Of a DNA stretch of 64,000 bases, positions 59,829 to 64,000 are shown in pieces. The DNA lies in contig NW_015167085.1 in NCBI RefSeq assembly GCF_001447785.1, positions 310,001-374,000 of the forward strand, given 5' to 3'. Numbering within the stretch: position 1 is the stretch's first letter; each line of letters begins with the position of its first letter. The DNA is from Gekko japonicus (Eukaryota). Under the pieces are notes generated by a model. It saw nothing but the letters and a program-made list of their open reading frames with translations. It ran no database searches and was not told the DNA's origin. The translations under genes were made by a program, and so were the position numbers.

Positions 59829-61110
59829 GTTCAAAATTAGTTTGACCTTAAATCTATGCCAAAAAAAGGAGAAAGCCCTTTGTCTCCACTGATATCTTGT
59901 AATTTCCCCAGCTGTTTATTCAGCACCATTAATGTACTTGGCACATTATAGAGTTTTACTGGCAAAAGATGACAGGTTCTTGCTTCCAAGGAGCAGGTAT
60001 TTGGATCTTATGGGAAAAGGTCACTGAAGAAGTTGCCCAAGCAAATGTTTCCCACTTTCCTCCTCTCCAGGAGCCTCCTGCATGCTCCAAAAATCTTCTC
60101 CTGAGGGCCACGGGACACTTTTAAACAAATCTCTCTACCAGCAGGAAGAGATGGTTTTGCCAGTTCTCCCTGCTCACTACAGCTCATTACACTACAGGAG
60201 TACAGTTCAAGTGCCACCCCCAATACTCAGCAGAGTGTTTTTGGATCACACAGGAGGCTGCTGGTAAAAGGACAAGTTAGGAATGACAGCTGAAGATTTG
60301 ATAGACCCAATAGAATGGCTTTACTATGCATAAAGCATTACAGTTGAAGGTCATAAAGCAATTGTGGTTTTTGTTCAACTGATGAATGACACTCCAGCTC
60401 AATGAATGCCCAAAGTTGTCTTTTTCATTATATTTATAAACCTGTGTAAGCTCTATCACTACCCATGGTAGATAATATTCTGATTAGAGACTGTGGTTTT
60501 GACAGAACTGTTTTTTGAATTAGTAATGTACATGGTGTGGGGAAAGTTAATGGCTTGGTTTATATAGTGTCAAAAAAGATGCTCACAAAAAAGGAATTGG
60601 GTGAGGTAAAGGAAGGAGATTGGTATCTGCAGTGTGTAAATGACATTTCTAGAGAACTGAATTTCAGAAGGTCAACCCAGTGATACTTTGTGTCTGGCAG
60701 AATTAAGCGTAAATATTGGGGAGAGATTAAGAGAAAGGAAAGACACTCATAATGCATAGCACTGATGTCTGAAGGCAAAGAACTCTGGGAACAGAAAAAT
60801 GTGGCACAGCTCAGGGAAAGGTGACAGATTCCAACTTTTTTACAACAATTGCTGAAGGACAAGGACATAATTTATAATCACCCATCCAGAGATAATCTCT
60901 GGGTAAGAGCACAGGTCAGACTTATACTTGTATGGCACTTCTTGAACTAAATAGAAAAAAGCAAATGATTGGGGAAGCAAGCAAGCAAGATTGGGGAAGG
61001 GACACAAAATACACCGCGAAAGATCTCAAAATATTGGGAAAGCTAGTTGTGTCTGATGGCTTAGATGTACTCCTTATAGTTTCTTTTGATTATCAAGAGT
61101 TAGATTATTG

Positions 61111-61358
61111 GGCCCTGACCTGGATAGCCCAGGCAAGCCCAATCTCGTCAGATCTCGGAAGCTAAGCAGGGTTGCCAGGCTGGTATTTGGATGGGAGACC
61201 TCCTTGAAATACCAGAGGCGGGAGGGGGGGGCAGGCTTTATTCAGCCACCTCTCTAAATGTCCTCCAGGCCTCCAGTAGGGGTCAGTTGCCAGAGGTCGT
61301 CATGACTTCCAGGTGCACACGCACTCACACAAACAAACAAAAAATACAGAAAGTACCG
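61111..61358 (+). mobile_element. 5S rRNA-derived SINE
   Basis: GCCCAATCTCGTCAGATCTCGGAAGCTAAGCAGGGT...TGGATGGGAGACC matches 5S box A and box C; non-5S body; A-rich tail; degenerate 16-bp TSD at 61095-61110 and 61359-61374 (13/16). Confidence 0.85.
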
Positions 61359-61491
61359 AAAAGTTTGATTCTTGCAACAAACAATTAATGGCATCAACTT
61401 TTATTTAAAAAGTAAAACTGTTTACATTGCGCCTAAAAATGACCTGGAAGGAAGCTGGGTGTGCAACTATAACACAAGGAAGTGCAGAGTT

Positions 61492-62792
61492 AGGAATTTT
61501 GTTAGGAATTTTGGCTCCAATGTGCATCACTTTGCACTTGGCCACATTGAAGCCCATTTGCCACGTTGACGCCCACTCACTCATCCTTGACAGATCCCTT
61601 TGGAGTGCCTGACAATCCTCTGTGGTTCTCACCACCATGAACAACTTCGTATCATCCGCAAATTTAGCCACTTCACTGCTTACTCCCAACTCCAAATCAT
61701 TAATAAACAATTTAAAAAACATCGGACTGAGTACTGATCCCTGTGGTACCCCACTGCTTACCACCCTCCACTGAGAAAATTTACCATTTATACACTCTGT
61801 TTCCTATTAATTAGCCAGTTTTTGATCCACAAGAGGACTTGTCCTTTTATCCCACGACTATTGAGCCTACTTAGGAGCCTTTCATGAGGAACTTTATCAA
61901 AAGCTTTCTGGAAGTCAAGGTAAACAACATCTATTGGGTCCCCCTTGTCCACATGTTTGTTCACTCCCTCAAAAAACACTTAATAGGTTAGTGAGACAGG
62001 ATTGTCCCTTACAGAACCCATGCTGAGTCGGCCTCAATAGTTTTTGTTCATCAATGTGCCTACCAATTCTTTCCTTAATAACAGTTTCCACCAGCTTACC
62101 CAGTATTAACGTCAGACTGACTGGCCTGTAATTTCCCAGATCGCTTCTGGAACTCTTTTTAAAGATGGGAGTGACATTAGCTACCTTCCAGTCCTCAGGA
62201 ATGGAGGCAGATTTTAATGAAATATTACATATTTTTGTCAGGAGATCCACAAGTTCACATTTTAGTTCTTTCAGAACTCTCGGATATATGCCATCCAGGC
62301 CTGGTGATTTATCAGTTTTTAAGTTGTCTATCGAGACACGGGTGCCGCATGACGGAGTGAGCTCCCGTCGCTAGTTCCAGCTCCTGCCAACCTAGCAGTT
62401 CGAAAGCAAGAAATTGCAAGTAGATCAATAGGTACCGCTTCGGTGGGAAGGTAACAGCGTTCCGTGCACCTTGGTGTTTAGTCATGCCGGCCACATGACC
62501 ACGGAAACATCTTCAGACAGCGCTGGCTCTTCGGCTTGGAAATGGAGATGAGCACTGCAACCCTAGAGTCAGATTTGACTGGCTTTCGAGCAAGGGAACC
62601 TTTACCTTTAAGTTGTCTATCAGTCGTAGGACCTCCTCTCTCGCCACCTCAATCTGACTCAGTTCTTTCAACATTCCTCCCAAAATCAGCGGTTCTGGAG
62701 TGGGCAAGCACTTCTCATCTTCCACAGTGAAGACAGAGGCAAAAAATGCATTCAGCTTCTCAGCCATTTCCCTATCATCCTTGAGTACTCCT
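61492..62792 (-). mobile_element. CR1 LINE internal (RT) fragment, interrupted by a Sauria SINE
   Basis: AEKLNAFFASVF, IPEDWKVANVTPIFKK, NYRPVSLT, YLDFQKAFDKVPH, SGVPQGSVL, KFADDTKL, WQMGFNVAKCKVMHIG. Confidence 0.93.
62333..62609 (+). mobile_element. Sauria SINE, 5'-truncated, inserted in CR1
   Basis: Sauria core and ACCTTT tail; 15-bp TSD TTTAAGTTGTCTATC at 62318-62332 and 62607-62621. Confidence 0.92.
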
Positions 62793-63751
62793 TTTCTAGA
62801 GAACTGAATTTCAGAAGGTCAACCCAGGTCTATTATAGTTTATGCTCTCTCCACCATTCTGTAGGAATGATAAGATTAGATAAGTGAGGCCAAAGGAAAA
62901 CAGGCAGCCCACAACAACTTGCCTGATAAATTTCTTTCATTGGTAGACATTATGGAATCGCCAAGCAGGGGATAAAGGCTGTGAGGTTATTGCAGTTCAC
63001 AGTGGTCTATTGTTGAGCAGCGTGTGCCATCAATTTCAAGCATAATTGTTCCTTTAGAACAAGCTACAGAATTAATGCCAAATGGTGGCAAACTGGCACA
63101 GCGCTCACTCTGGCAAGAAAACACTGAGACTATTGCTGTGCAGCATCATAACTGCAACACCATGTTTCGTGTTTTAGTCAATTTAAAGTGAGGATTCTTG
63201 TGGAAATCTTATTTACATTGTTCAGATATAAAGGTGCTGTTGGGCACAAATCAAAGCTACATCTTCTCGAGGTTGTAATACTCTGCTTCTTTATTTTGGA
63301 ATGTCCAATAAAGTTCATTGAGACTTGCCCCTGTCTTTCTGGTACATTTTATCTTGCCCTTCTTTTAAGAAGCTTAGGGCACTGCACGTTGCTTTGCCTT
63401 CCCCCATTTTGTTCTCACCACGATCCTGTGTTGCTTGTTAGGCTGAGAGTGTGTGATTGATCCGAGTTCAGCCGTCAAGCAGAATGGGGATTTGAATGCT
63501 GATTTGCCAGGTCATACCTGCTACACTGCAATAACTTCCATGTTAATATGCAGCAGATGCTGCCGGTGTTAGTTGGAGAGGGTTAAGTATGTGTTTCAGG
63601 GTATTATTGAAAGTAAATGGGCTTGATTGTCTTGATATAATAATTAGTAGTAGTAAGCACAATCACATACTTCAATTTACTATAGCTTGTCCTCAGTTCC
63701 AGCTCATATTCTTTCCTTTAGTTTTGTATCACTCTCTGTGTTCTTCATATT

Positions 63752-63753
<2 letters not shown>

Positions 63754-63837
<84 letters not shown>
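63754..63837. repeat. (TAGA)n(GA)n microsatellite
   Basis: Seen directly. Confidence 0.95.
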
Positions 63838-63839
<2 letters not shown>

Positions 63840-64000
63840 ACTATTTACTCTTTTAAGTGTCTTTTATTGACTGACAGGTGCATGCTGTAAAGGTTGGGCG
63901 ATGTAAGTGGCAGAAATTATTTACGTGGCTCTCTTGTGCTGTATTAGGTGAATGGGATTAATGTGCACTCCTGTGCAAGATTGCTCTTTTGTCATTAAAT

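Noticed and set aside
61137-61215. Functional 5S rRNA gene
   Set aside because: The 5' ~25 nt and 3' stem are replaced, there is no T-run terminator, and it has a SINE body and TSD
53000-64000. Classic MBP exons or SOX10 enhancer modules
   Set aside because: No MASQKR-like or other classic MBP coding sequence seen; short SOX motifs cannot be distinguished from background without conservation data

Overview
Vertebrate (squamate, most likely gecko) genomic DNA. It carries Sauria and Squam3-type SINEs, BovB, CR1, L2, L1, RTE-X and Penelope remnants, and four N-gaps. The window lies inside the 5' (Golli) part of the myelin basic protein locus on the + strand: coding exon 2 (MGNHVGKRDQSAEKLK, 15905-15952) and exon 3 (ending PSEDNEVFG, 52888-52981) are separated by a ~37 kb intron full of transposons. 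Main observations: (1) an RTE-X-like LINE with an inverted 5' part, bracketed by one 11-bp TSD, which is the twin-priming signature normally associated with mammalian L1; (2) two related non-autonomous Helitrons carrying tandemly amplified, captured hAT-MITE and SINE fragments; (3) a TSD-flanked ORF1-only L1 derivative (HAL1-like); (4) a full-length BovB with an intact 1009-aa ORF, plus a 17-bp BovB micro-insertion and a 5'-only copy nearby; (5) a 46-bp head-to-head Penelope micro-insertion and several nested or chimeric insertions. Family names come from motif recognition, not database searches. Most short ORFs in the track are non-coding noise.
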